The translations under genes and the position numbers were made by a program. From Octopus sinensis (taxonomy: Eukaryota), in the NCBI RefSeq assembly GCF_006345805.1, contig NC_042998.1, forward strand, positions 42,656,001 to 42,720,000: a DNA stretch of 64,000 nucleotides, given 5' to 3'. The notes beneath the pieces are model-generated. The model worked only from the letters and a program-made list of their open reading frames with translations, was not told the DNA's origin and ran no database searches. Numbering within the stretch: position 1 is the stretch's first letter; each line of letters starts with the position of its first letter. Of the stretch, positions 11,661 through 26,741 are shown one piece after another.

Positions 11661-14600
11661 AAGAGAGAGAGAGAGAAAGAGAGAGAGAGTAAAACTATGG
11701 CTGAAATATTTTCTATCTGTCTCCCTCTTATTATCACTGTTATTTATTATATATATTGATCAATACAGCAAGATCCCTGCAGGTAGCAGTCATAAAGGCT
11801 AACTGAGATGTATTTGGGAGGCTACGAACTATGGATCTTTAACTTAATTTAATATTTTAACTTTAAATCAACCCATTCCTTGTCTCTCTCATCATTTCTT
11901 TTCATATTCCTTTCTTCAGAAATCAAGAGATGACAATACACACCTGCACAAAATTCTAATATACCTGATAGTATACCTGATATCTCTGACTCCAAATATT
12001 TGGGAGTTTAATTCAAACAAACCCAGCAATATATAGAATGGGCTCAGTCCTAATGAGCAAAGAGAAATAACTCAGTGTGGCCAGTGGCATGAAATTGCTC
12101 AACAAAGGCGGAAAAAAATATATACTAAATGCCAAATAAGATGAATTCCTGATTTCCTGAAATAATCTTCAGTTCAAGGGAAGTTAAATAAGTACTTAAT
12201 GGTAATTGCAGTCAATTCTAATGAGAAGGATAGATAATCTTAAGAATCAAGAATACTCTGGAACTAGCATGCCATTAAGGGAAACTCGGTTTGCTATTTT
12301 TGCCTTTTCTGTCTCTGGTGACCAAAGTATAGCTGTGAATATGTTTCTACTTCAATATGTACCAACAGCAGAGAACGTTTATGGCATAGGGTAATTTGCA
12401 TAACTTTGCAGGGACTTTTTCATATTAACCCTTTAACTGTAAAATTAATTTCATGGTTATTCCAGTTATAATGATAAATATCTACCAAGAAGTTGAATTG
12501 GTATTTTCTGCAAGTCATACTGCCTCAGAATATTTGATGTTTCAACAACAAAAAGTTTCAAAAATGACTTTTTCAACAAAATACAGACTGCCTTCTGTAG
12601 TTAAGAGTAATGGAATTAATTTTTTGTCAATATATCTGATTCCGATAGTAAAAGGGTTTAAACAGCTAATTTCAGTTCCAGAATGAGAAAATATTTCAAA
12701 GAAATATGGAGGTAAAACTATTGAACTACAAACTACTTACAAATTAAGAGTTTAAAATTTACTATATTCATTTTATTGTTTCTGCGCTAGGCTCTATTTG
12801 TACAATGTTACTATTTGCTTAGTTGTTGACAATAGGTGCCACATTATCTGACACTGCTAAATTCCACAATAGGCAAGAATCCTGATCAGAAGCAAAGTTA
12901 TTTTTTTATGTACTTCATAACTACAAAGCAGGGGTTTAAGAACATATTTTTAAGAGTCTCTTAAGGCTAAGAAAATAATAAATTTTTTACATCATAAAAA
13001 TTTAGAAACTTGAGAGACATGAAATAAATTATTTTTAATGGTGGAACTCAGAGTAGATTGAGCTACAAATAACAGGGTTCAAATATTGAGTTTAACAAAA
13101 AAACCTCTTCAATGGTAAAAGTTGAAGGCTACCCATGGGACAACAGATGTTTTGATTGTCTCATAGGTAGTTTTTTTTACATTTTCCATCCAAAGGGATT
13201 TTTAACTTTATATTTACATGCTCGTATTTATAGCTTTATCTACTTTGAGTTCCATTGTTAAATACAAATTAATTTTTTTTTTAAATTAGTGAGTTATTGG
13301 AGATATTGTTCACTGAGGAACAGGAAAGGAACAAATGGTAAATAACAAAAGAAAGGAGATGCTGATATATTTAACATGGTTATTCAAACTAGATCTGGAT
13401 GAAATCTCAGTAATCTAATAACCAAGACCAGAACAGAAATGGTGATAGGAAAATACAGTTCAGTATTAAGATAGCTAAATATGTAACTTGTAAATAAATT
13501 TTTGTACTTGTTGTATTTGTGTTAATGTGAATTTTGTTGAGCTATAAGCTTGAATATTTATACAAATTAACAAAATAACAAATGATATATTCATTAACAA
13601 ATGATCAAGCATAAATTTATGTGGTTTACTAAGGTTATTAAATGCAAATGACAAAATATTTACTAGCTATGGAAACACTATCAATGTTTATATCAAAAAC
13701 ATTTGATTTGGTAATCAGTGGTATAAAACAAGGAATTTTCTTTAATAAGCAGACAGACAAAAAGTGAATTGAAATACAGTTACTGAAAACATCTTACCCA
13801 AAGGCAACATATTTATGATTCATCCAAGGTGTTTCTACTAAAGTTATAAAAAATTGGGAAGAATTTGTATGCCGTCCATGGTTAGCCATTCCTAGTACGC
13901 CCCGTTTGTTGAAAGGTATACAAAAATTTTCATCTAAAGAATAAAGACATTTTAAAGACAAATAAAGAAACAATGTTTATGGTTCAATTATGTGAAGAGC
14001 TGAAAATAAATAAGGAAGAATTCTAGTGTAGATATTACTAGAATTTTAATTACAAGGAGCTTTAATAAAATTTATGTTCAATTTCTCGGTTATTATACTT
14101 TATAATTGGTTACAAAATCTTCATTAAATCAAATGAGATAACTGAATATTCATTGCAAATCAGAAATCATTAAAGACACATTTAACAAGTATAATGGTTG
14201 CTAAACCCTGTATCTCACAAAGCCTAATTGAGCAGTACAATGGTGATATATATTAAACATAATCAGATCTGAATGTATCAGATAATTTCATAAAAGATCT
14301 TGCTCTGTTAGAAACCCATTGGTATTGGTACTAATAATAATATGAGGGACGTTCAATAAGTAATGCCTCTGACCCACTTGCAGTTGTTTGATCTAGCTGA
14401 TATTTTGCATATGCAATCATTTATATCTCTATAGAGTAATTGGCAAATTACAGCTCTGAATTAATTGTGGTTTCTGATTTACAGGTGTTTGAACCGAGTC
14501 AAGTGTGAAATGGAGCCTGTTGAGTGTCGAGCAGTGATCCGGTTTTTGTATTTGAAAGGACGCACACCATGGGAGACTTTTGATGAAATGAAAGTAATTT

Positions 14601-17600
14601 ATGGTGATGATGCCCCATCATATGACCTTGTAAAACGCTGGCATCGTGAATTCAAACATGGTCGGAACTCTGTGGAAACAGCTCCCAGATCTGGTCGCCC
14701 CCTTCTGCCATTGATGAGGCATCTGTCCGTCAAGTTGAAGCTGCCATTTTGGAAGATCGACACATAATTATTTGCCAAATAGCCCATGAGGTCAAGATTA
14801 GTACCGGGTCTGTGGAAACTATCATTCATGACCATTTGCATATGCAAAAGGTGTCTGCCAGATGGATTCCCAGGTTGCTCACGCCTTTCCAGAAGCAAGA
14901 ACGCGTCGAGTGCTCGAGGGTGAATTTGGAGATGTGCCAAGAAGATGAGTCAAAATTTTTCAAAAGACTGATTACACAGGATGAAACCTGGGTCCATCAC
15001 GATGATCCAGAGACCAAAGCCCAGTCAATGCAGTGGAAGCACCGTGACTCACCCCTCCAAAGAAGGCAAGGGTGCAGCCCTCCGCTGGCAAGGTCATGCT
15101 CACAGTCTTCTGGGACCAGGACGGAGTAGTGATGACAGATTTCCTGGCAAAGTGTACCACAATTGCAGGAGCCTATTATGCTTCACTTTTGAGGAAATTA
15201 AGAGAAGTTATCAAAATCAAGAGGCGGGGCAAGATCAGCAAAGGCATCCTCCTCCTGCAGGACAACGCTCCGGTCCACAACTCGCTTGTCGCCAGATCAG
15301 AAGCACAGGCGTATGGCTATGAACTCCTCCCCATCCCTCCTACTTTCCTGACCTTGCACCCTCTGATTTTCACCTCTTCCCAATCATGAAGTTGTTTTTG
15401 AAAGGAAAGCGTTTCCCAGATGATGCAGCCTTGATTTCTGAAGTCACGTTGAGGTTGGAGGACCAAGCTGGGTTCTTCTACAAAAACGGTCTCCAGAGCC
15501 GCATCAAACGATGGGAGAAATGCATAACTCTGGGTGATTCCTATGTAGAAAAAGACTAATAACTGTGCCAAGTTTCGTTGCTCTACTGCTATGGGAATTA
15601 CTTATTGAACGCCCCTCGTACATATTCCTCAATTGCTCTTTCATTTAAAATTTTCTCAAAACCTAAACCTGCAATCATGAAACAGATGTAGACCCTGTTA
15701 CCAGTAATCAATTTGGATTTTCTGCATTAACTCATTATCATGAGCATAATAAAGGCAGTGAGCTGGCAGAATCATCACCATGCAAGAACAAAATTCTTAA
15801 TGGTATTTCTTCTGGCTTGTTATTCTGAGTTCAAATTCTTATTTCTTTATTGCCCACATGGGGCTAAACATAGAAGGGATGAACAAGGGCAGACAAACGG
15901 ATTAAGTCGATAACATCGACCCCAGTGCACAACTGGTACTTATTTAATCAACCCCAAAAGAATGAAAGGCAAAGTCAACCTTGACGGAATTTGAATTCAG
16001 AATGTAGCGGCAGACAAAATACCTATTTCTTTACTACCCACAAGGGGCTAAACACAGAGGGGATAAACAAGGACAGACAAACGGATTAAGTCAATTACAT
16101 TGACCCCAGTGTGTAACTGGTACTAGGGCTGATGCAATTGACTAGCTCCCTCCTCCAAATTTTCAGCCTTGTGCCGATAGTAGAAAGCAATATTATGATC
16201 ACAATAAAGTAGTTGTACAAATAGAATATATAGTCAAATGAAAATACCAACCTTCAAATTCACCTCCAAATATAGACTCTCCATCATTACCACGACCGTC
16301 GCACACATCTGGAAGAGAGAGATTCTAGGTTATTATTTAACTTATGCAAACAGCTTTATCAACTAGGAGAACTGTGCTTTTCTATCCATCCATACATAAA
16401 TCTATGTATTCATCCATACATTCATATGTACACACACGCACACACACATATGTATTATATTGCATGAAATAAAAAATAAGGAAAGCTTCTAAAAATGCAG
16501 AAAGTTTAAAAAACTTTTATACGACTGCACTACAATGTGCCAAGTGAACTTCAACACTCTTCTTATATTGCATATTCTAGTACATTACAATATCTCTCAC
16601 ATCAAAGAAAACAAGGACAGGTCATTCAGAGTTTTCTTTCCTCAGTTTAGTTCCAGATTATCTTTGCAATTTTGGCTGGTTATACTCGAGATTGCTCCAA
16701 TCTGGTCAGCCCCAAGGAAAAACTAAGCTAATAGCATTAGATTCCTTGAAAGAAAGCAGCAAATGTATATGAAAACAAGGATGGAAAAAAACGGAGAAGG
16801 TGACACAAATACAAATAACAGGACATAACAAGTGTCTTTCGACAAAGGATAAATTAAATTAAGCTGGCATGTGTGGAAGTAAAGCCTTACGGCAGGGATA
16901 CAGGATTTCACAGGAACAGTGAAGAATATAGATGTTGCATGGACAGCAGAGGCACAGGCATGGTTGTGTAGTAAGAAGTTTGCTCCCTAACCCACAACAT
17001 GGCCTTTTGGGCATCTTCAACTATAACCCTGGGCCAACCAACGTTTTGTGAGTGTACTTGTCAACAGAAAGTGAAAGGAGCCCTTTATATATATGTGTGT
17101 GTGTGTGTATAATGCAAGCTTCTTATCTCTCTCTCCATATATATATTGGTGCTTTTAATAAAGCATATTACTCTACCTCTGGTATTTGAGTACTCTTTTT
17201 TTCCACCTTGTTTCATATTTATGTGCTTACTCTGATATATATATATATATATATATACACTCAATTTTTTAGTTCAAGTGGAATGTACGCACCACACACA
17301 ATGCACTCCAGCATTGCCTGGGTCATTGATAACAATAACACCATGACCAACTGGTATTGTAGTACTATATCTCTGATAAGGAAATTGTACCAGTCAATGA
17401 ACACAGTGTGCATTCCAACCAATGAAGGGACACGCACCATTGGCAGGCTCATATGTGTATGTAACCTTAATTTACCCTTGCATAGATGCACGGTGTTGTT
17501 GTTGTCTTCACTGAGGTTTTCAGGTCAGAAATTTGTTTTCCATTGTACCGCTTGTATTATAGTACATGCTCAACCACTGTGAAAAACTGGGAGATTGTAG

Positions 17601-17913
17601 CAAATTCCTTACGAACTTTGTGGCTTATGGAATGATTAATTGGCATGAATATATACTAATAATGATAAGCAACTTTGAATAAAGAGAAAGATGTTTAAGG
17701 CAAAAAAGCCCAAAGTTTTTCATCATTGGGAGTTTTAAATTGTTTAATTTTAATTGTTATTATATTGTTTACACTTAAAACCCATTGTATCATCCTGTTT
17801 TTATCTTTTATGTTGTTGTATGTGTATTAATGTAACTTTGTGACCAATAAACGAATTAATTATTACTATTATCATTATTATTATTAATAATATTATTATT
17901 ATTATTATTATTA

Positions 17914-17965
<52 letters not shown>

Positions 17966-20900
17966 ATTATTATTATTATTATTATTAATATTATTATTAT
18001 TATAAAACTTTTTTTTTTCTTCTTTCAAATTTGCTTCCATTTCTTGCCGAGTGTCTTCCCGACTCCTAGGGCAAAGAAACTCATAGTATACATTGGTAGG
18101 CCATTAAACCAAACTCAATAGTTAGTTTTTTTTTTGGTTTTTTTAAGTTAACTTAAAATACATGAGCAGCAACAGTTCTCACATCGACAATGCTCTTCTC
18201 AATACGTGTGATGTACCAGTTAAGACAATCTTTTGCACTTCTTGCAGGGATGGTAAGCCAGGGATCATTCTCATAGAATTTTCAGTTCCCTTCTTGATCA
18301 TTCCTAGTGCTCCTACGATCACTGGTATTGTAACCGCCTTGAGATGCCACATTTTCTCAATTTCAATGAGTAGGTCTTTATATTTTCTGAGCTTGTCAAA
18401 CTCTTTCGCTGAGATATTATGATCACAGGGGATGCTCATGTTGATCAATAAGCAAACTTTATTGTTTTGGTCTTTCACAACAATATCTGGTTTATTGGCC
18501 TTGATAGTTCGGTCTGTATGTACTGGAAAGTCCCACAGAATCGTTACATTTTCTCCTTCAGTTACAGCCTCAGGGTGGTGATTATACCACTTGTCGGCAG
18601 TTTTGATATTGTAATGCCAACTTATTAGCCAGTGTAGATATTGGCCAACTCTGTCATGTCTTAATTTATACTCCACTGGTGCTAAGACTTTACATCCAGA
18701 GATTAGGTGGTTCACTGTTTCAATCATGTCGTTGCAGAATCGGCATTTTGGGTCTGCTCCATTTTTCATCACATTGGCCTGGTAGTTCCGGGTTAATAGG
18801 CTTTGATCTTGAGCAACCAGGATGAAACCTTCGCTTTCTGCTTTTAGCCCTGAGCTCCGTAGCCACTGATGGGTTTGCTTCTGGTCAACATCAGCTTGTT
18901 TGCTGCGGGCCACATATTTGCCATGCAGAGGTTTCTCCTCCCACCTATCAGCCAATTGCTCGTGCGCTTTTTTCGTTGCCATTATTTTCACCTTCTTTGC
19001 AACAATAGTTGCCGTACTTCTCTCGGGTTGTTCAGTTTGGGTATCCTGCATGAGATCAATAGCAAATTTTTTGCTTTCCTTTATGATAGAATGAAGCTTC
19101 TTTCGTCTCTCGTGATTTTTCACGAGCTTTAGCATCCAGTCATTCGTTATTTCGAGATATTTGGCCAGTCCAATTGTGGTTGTTTTGTAAGCTAGTTCAA
19201 ATTGGATCAGGCCTCGACCTCCTTGGGCTCTGGGAAGGTAAAGGCGATCTACGTCTGCCTTTGGGTGGTGCATCCTATTACAACTCAGCAGCTTGCGTAT
19301 TTTCCTATCTATATTCTTTACTTCACTCATATTCCAGTTCAACACATTGTAGCTATAAGTAACAACTGGAACTGCTAAGGAATTTATAGCTAACACCTTG
19401 TTATGTGCATTTAGTTCAGATTTCAGGACTGCACAAACTCTCCTATAACATTCCTTCCTGATCTTCTCTTTCATGTTTGCATGCTGAATACCAGAGCCTT
19501 CATTTATTCCTAAATATTTGTATGTTTGTTCTTGCTCAAGCTCTCTTATGACTGTGTCAACATCTAACACGACTGAATTTGTGGTCTTCACTTTCCCTTT
19601 CTGGAAAGCGGCCTTGGCACACTTCTCAAGTCCAAACTCCATCCCGATGTCATCGCTGAATGCTTTCACAGTGCGCAATAGGCCTTCAAGTTCATTATTG
19701 TCTTTACCATAGAGTTTTAAGTCATCCATATAAAATAGATGGCTTATTTTTTTATTGGCAATTTTATACCCATACCCTGTTCTGTTTAATTCACTTGTAA
19801 GGGGTATTAGGGCTATGCAGAATATTAAAGGTGAAAGTGAGTCACCTTGAAAAATTCCATAGTTGATGTTTATATTTTCTGAGGCAAGTACTCCATTAGA
19901 GTGGTATAATTGGAGATTTGTATTCCACAACGACATATTGTGCTTCAGAAAGTTTGAAATCACAGGGGAAATTTTGAAGATGTCCAGCGATCTCAAGATC
20001 CATGGATGCGGTATACTGTCGAAGGCCTTTTTATAGTCAATCCATGCGGAGCTGAGATTTCTGCGCTTGTTGTGACAGTTCTCAAGGATCATACGATTAA
20101 TTAGCAGTTGATCTTTGCATCTGTAAGAGCCTCGGCGGCACCCTTTTTGTTCAATGGGGAAAATATCGTTCTTCTCCATGAATGCATATGATTTCTCCGC
20201 CAGGATAGATATTAGGATTTTATACGTGGTGGATAGACAGGTTATAGGCCGATAGTTTTTTGGAAGGTTGGTTTTGTTATTCTTTGGGAGTAGGTAAGTA
20301 ATACCACTTGCTAACCATTCAGGTGTTTTCTTTGGGTCTCTCATAATTCCATTGAGCAGCTGAACTAGTTTACCGTGTGTGCATGGGAGCGATGTGAGCC
20401 AGAAATTCGGCACCCTATCTTTACCGGGGGATTTCCAATTATGGGCCTTCGTGAGTGCCTTTCTTAGGTCTGCTATTGTGATGTCTTCCCATGCTTGTTG
20501 TTGTAAATTTTGGTAGGATCCTTCAGTTTGTATAATCCAGTCTGCATTTATGTTGTACGTCTTCTTGTCACTCCAAATCCTTTTCCAAAAGTTTTGAACT
20601 TCTTCCATGGGAGGGGGGTCTTTAACGGTTACTTTCTCCTTCCCTATTTCTCTGTAGAATTTTTTGGCATTGGATGTGAACAGCTTATTTTGCTTGTAAA
20701 ACTTGTTTCTCTTCTCAAATCTTTGTATTCTTTGGGCTTTTGCTTGAACTTTTTGTTTCAGCGTTTCTTTTATTGATATCAGTTCTTCTCTTGGTAAGGA
20801 TCCAAATTTTCTCTTCATCTTTCTTCCTGTTCTGGATCTTACATCATTTCCACATATTAGTTCATTTAATATTGATATTTCCCCTCTCATAAATTCAATC

Positions 20901-21194
20901 TCTTTTTCAATTTTACTTCTCCAGGTTTGGTTTTCTTTGTTTTTTCGGGGGCATACAGCTGGTTTCAATTGCCCTGGCAGAAGCGTAAATAATTTCATTT
21001 AACTCAGTAAAATCAGGTTTTAATTCTTGTATTATTTCATTTGTTACATAGTTGCCAATTTGGATTTGTTTTTTATTTTGGTTTGTATTTGAGAGTTTAT
21101 GAAGTGGTTCTCTATCATTCATACTTGTATGTCTTACAACTTCAAGCGTATTCAGGATTTTTGCCTCATTTCTGCCATAGACTCTCTCATAGAC

Positions 21195-21250
<56 letters not shown>

Positions 21251-21763
21251 TATTATTATTATTATTATTATTGAGTGAGAGAGTAGTGCATACCATCAAA
21301 GTGACACTGGAGTAAAATATACGAAGCCCAGTATACCCATCATGACTACTCGTTTGATAAGGGTACACCAGGCACATGCATCACAACCATATGTGCGCGA
21401 CATGGTGATCTCATATCAAGATAAACAGCGCATGACCTTGCAGGTGGGGCCCAGTTAGAATTTTCTTCAGGTCGAGTAGTCCATCCCACTCAAAAGGCCC
21501 CTGAATAAGGATTGTTTAAGGATGTTGAACGAACCACCCATGTTTCCAAAGGTGAATTATCCAAACCTCTACGAATCCCTCTCAATACATGCCTATGATG
21601 CTCCCCTACTACTTATGCTTGTGATCAGAGATGCACATATTATCAGCCACTAAGGGACATGGTTAACTTGTTAAGGTCAAACAACTGACAAGCAAATCTG
21701 GGGTATTGAGCAGAATATTTGCTGTAGCCCATCTTTTATACCAAGACAAAACAATGTACATGA

Positions 21764-21799
<36 letters not shown>

Positions 21800-22209
21800 G
21801 ATGTAGATACAAGAGTTAAGGAATAAAGTAAATAAAATCTAGGTTACATATGTTTCATAGCGAGCAGAACCTTGGAAGTGGTAAATATCCAAGCACAGAG
21901 TATACCACAGGCTGCTTTTCAGGATATCTTGATTAAATGAAAGTTTACATTGTCGCAAGGACGTACATGTTAACACCTGGAAGATTCAATCAGAATGGTT
22001 GCCTACCATGAAATATAAAAAAGAACTTTTTTCAATTTATCATACTTTGATAACAAAAAAATCCACAACCTCTCATCTCAGTAAGTCACTAATGTCACTG
22101 AAAGCTGTTTTTTATATTTACTATGGTTTGCTTGAAGCTAACTTTCTTCCTACACCTCAATCCTTGAATCTATCTATCTATCAATCTGTCTGTCTGTCTG
22201 TCTGTCTGT

Positions 22210-22244
<35 letters not shown>

Positions 22245-22295
22245 CTGCCTGCCTATCTATCTATCTATCTATCTATCTATATATATATATATATC

Positions 22296-22335
<40 letters not shown>

Positions 22336-25300
22336 CATATATATATGGAGAGAGAGAGAGAAAGAGAGAGAGAGAGATGCATATACATACATACATACAT
22401 ACATACATACATACATACATACATACATACATGTATATACACATACATACATACATACATACATACATACATACATACATACATGTATATACACACACAC
22501 ACACACATGCACAAACATATAATTTTTTTGTTTTTAGAAATTTTTTTATGTTCTGAAATATATAGAAACCCATGAATTTTATAAATTGAAAGTTGCCAGT
22601 TTTAAGCATTTTTTAATATTTAAAAAAAATCTTCTGCATATAAGTCAAAATAAAGTGAAAATTTTTTTTATTAAAGATATGATGATCAATGACTTTCTTC
22701 ACTACTTTCATATATTTTATCTTGGTCATTAGTTAAAGCAATGATTATATGTCAGAGAGGAATATCATCATACAATATTAAAGTTGACAAGTTTTTCAAG
22801 AAACAGGACACTACTAAACTAGTAATTTTTTTTTTTCACACAATATTTCCTATAAAACTTGTTGTTTATTAGTTTGGCTAAATGTCAGAAACAGCTTTGC
22901 TATTTAAACTTAACATGATATCTGTAAAATCATAAAGTACTTTATGAAATTACTATGCATATCCATTTTGAAAGAAAAAAAAAGAATGACATACTAGGTC
23001 TTGTTATTAAAAACAGTAATAAATAACAATTACAAAAAAAATGTTACTTACACCTACTTTGAAATTTAGAAAAACTCATCATCATCATCATCATCATCAT
23101 CGTTTAATGTCTGCTTTCCATGCTAGCATAGGTTGGACGATTTGACTGAGGTCTGGTGAACCAGATGGCTGGACCAGACTCCAATCTGATCTGGCAGAGT
23201 TTCTATAGCTGGATGCCCTTCCTAACCACTCTGAGGGTGTATTGGGTGCTTTTACATACCACCAGCATGAGGGCCAGTCAGACAATACTGGTAATGGCCA
23301 CGCTCAAATGGTGCTTTCTATGTGCCACCTGCACTGGCAACGACCTCGCTTGAATGCTTTTTCATGTGCCACCAGCACAAGTGCTAGTGTAAATTATAAA
23401 ACGTGTATAGCTACCACCACTGCCATTGCTATCATCACTATCATCATCATCATCATTCAATGTCTACTTTTCTATACTTGCAAGGGTCAGACAGAATTTG
23501 CTGAAGGAGATACTTTATATGATGCCCATCCTGTTGCCAACCTCTTCCTGTTTCCAAGCAAGGTAATATTTCCCCACTGGCCAGACATGCTTTTCATGGA
23601 AGACTGGAAATGAACGACATTGCTTGTATGACAGTGATGCTCATTTACAACCATGATGTCAAGACAAGGATAAAAAACAAACACATGCACACTTGTATGT
23701 ATGTATGTGTGAGTTTGTGCATGTATGTATATATTATACATTCATACATACATATATATCATCATCATCATCATCGTTTAACGTCCGTTTTCCGCGCTAG
23801 CACGGGTTGGACGGTTCGACCGGGGTCTGGGAAGCCAGGGGCCGCTCCAGGCTCCAGTCTGATCTGGCAGAGTTTCTACGGCTGGATGCCCTTCCTAACG
23901 CCAACCACTCCGTGAGTGGAGTGGGTGCTTTTTACGTGCCACCTGCACAGGGGCCGGGGGGTCCGGCATCGGTCACGATTGGTTCGAGCTTTTAACGTGC
24001 CAGCGGCACGGGGGCAACGGGGTCCGGGGTACTTTGGGGATCCGGGGTACTTTGAATGGGTAGGGGGTATGTGGAATTGCTGCAGAAAGCAGCCTGGGTC
24101 TTTGCAGTCACAGCATATCTCCAGAGATCTCGGTCTTTCGCCATTGCCTCAGTGAGGCCCAATGCTCTGAGGTCATGCTTGACTACCTCATCCCATGTCT
24201 TCCTGGGTCTACCTCTCCCCCTGATACCTTCAACTGTTTGGGAGTGGCACTTCTTCACACATCTCTCTTCATCCATCCGCAGCACATGACCATACTATTG
24301 CAAGCGTCGCTCTTGCACACCACATGTGATGCTTCTTATATCCAGCATTTCTCTCAGGATGCTTACACTGTCTTGCGTGCACACTGACACTACACATCCA
24401 GCGGATCATGCTAGCTTCATTTCTTTCAAGTCTACGCATGTCCTCTGCAGTCACAGCCCATGTTTCATTACCGTGAAGCATGGCAGTTCGCACACATGCA
24501 TCATACAATCTACCTTTCGCTCTGAGGGAGAGACCTTTTGTTGCCAGTAGGGGTAGGAGCTTTCTGAACTTTGCCCAGGCTATTCGTATTCTAGTGGTGA
24601 TACTCTCTGTGCATCCACCTCCGCTACTAACTTGGTCACCCAGGTAGCAGAAACTATCAACTACTTCTAGTTTCTCTCCCTGGAGTGTGATGGAATCTGT
24701 TTTCTGAGTGTCTGTTGTGTCTATTGTCCCTGTGCATTTGCCGCACATGAAAGCTATCTTATCTGTTAATTTCCCTTTAATGTTGCTGCACCTCTTATGT
24801 GTCCATAACTTACATTGGGTGCATCTTATGGAGTTTCTACCTGTACCTTTCCTACAGATTGAGCAGGGCCACCTATATATAAATATATATATAAAATTTG
24901 AGCTTACAATTTATATGAGCTTAAAACAATGAACGAAATTTTAAGCTCATATAAAATTATAAAAAGCAAAAAGCAACCAAAGTCACTGAAAAAAATATTA
25001 ACCAGCACTAGACTGTATCCACCAACAACAGAGCCAAAAGTGACAAAATGTGGACGTTCTAACTGTGGAACATGCCCCCACCTTCTGGATGGTTCAGAAT
25101 TCCAATTCAAACAAGGAGAAATATTTAAGATCAAATCAAATTTCACTTGCGCCTCAGTAAATGTAATCTATATCATGACATGCATAGGATGCGGTAAACT
25201 CTATATTGGACAAACAGGAATTTCGCTCCGTCAAAGAATCACCATTCACAAAGAGCAAATCTGTCACCCACAATACAGACAGTTAAAGGTGAGTGTACAC

Positions 25301-26709
25301 ATAGAAAGATGTGCCAGGTATCTTAATCCCAATTTCCAAATATTTTCCTTTTACCAATGTTCACAGAACACCACAATGCAACAAAGGTTGAATAAAGAGA
25401 CATTTTTCATCAATAAATTTCTCCCCCAACTAAACATGAACACACAACTCAATACAGAACACCACTAACTCTTCAATTAAAACCACTAACCCCTATACAC
25501 TTCCTACACCACTCACATCTCTAAATCCAGAACTACTTATCTCCCTTACAAATAATCCGGAACTACTTACCTCCCTTACAAATAATCTTTTTTCTCATGA
25601 ACTATTAGACCTGACACCGTGTATCAACCGGTGTTGTTCAAATGACGAATAGCTTTGCGTAAACCATGGTCCGTTTTGTTCTCTTACTTTATTATCATCT
25701 TATAATCATCTCATAATAATGACTTTTATGACTCGTATTACTACCTCAGTCAATCTAAATGTATATATTTGTCGTTACTGTCATAAATAGTCTTTTTTTT
25801 ATTTGCAATGTGCATTTTCGTTGATTTTTCATATATATATATATATATATATGTGTGTGTAAATATATATATACATATTAGGATCCAGCTCTTGGTGGTC
25901 CAAATCAGATATGCAATCTATGTGGGTGTCTTTTCAAAACATTGTCTGGTTTAGAAAGCCACATCAGGTGCCATGATAGATCTAAGGTGTAAGTACAAGA
26001 GGTGGTCAGACTTTGCATAAGGAACAGACAACCCACCATCTATGTATTTATATATACATATATATATATATATAGGGTGTGGTGAATAAACTGTCATCTA
26101 AATTACACAAAAGTGAAAATAATACTGACATCTCACTTTAACAGATATATTTACCAAAATTACATAAAAATATCTTGAAATGCTAAAGACTAAATTTATT
26201 CAATAAAATTGCCATTGGCTTCAACCACAGACTCCAGACGACTTCAGAATCTCCTGCTGCTCTCCTGGACAGTCTCTTTGTTTAAGTTCGTGAATGCTGA
26301 CATAATCCTTGCCTTCACTTCATCTTTGGTGTTACAAGGAGTTTTGTTGGTCTCTTGCTCAACTGTGCCCCACACATAACAATAAAGGGGGTTGCAGTCT
26401 GGGGAGTTAGATGGCCAGATGTTAGGGGTGATGTGGTCACAGAAATTGTCTGACAGTCATAACTGGGTTCTCCTGCTTATGTGGCATGGTGCAGAGTCCT
26501 GTTGCCAGACATAGGGTCTTCCAGCAGCCACCCTCTTGACCCAGGGCAGCACTAGCTCCTCCAGGCACTTGATGTAAGCCTCTGTGTTGAGCCTGAGGCC
26601 GTGTGGGAAGATGAATGGAGGCATAATGTCACCATCACTAGCGATCACTCCAAACACCATGATGTTGACTGGATGTTTGATTTTTATCACTCTCCTGTGT
26701 ATGTATATG

Positions 26710-26741
<32 letters not shown>

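Noticed and set aside
14465-15571. SETMAR-like host gene
   Set aside because: There is no SET domain; TIRs and a TA duplication are present and the ORF is frameshifted.
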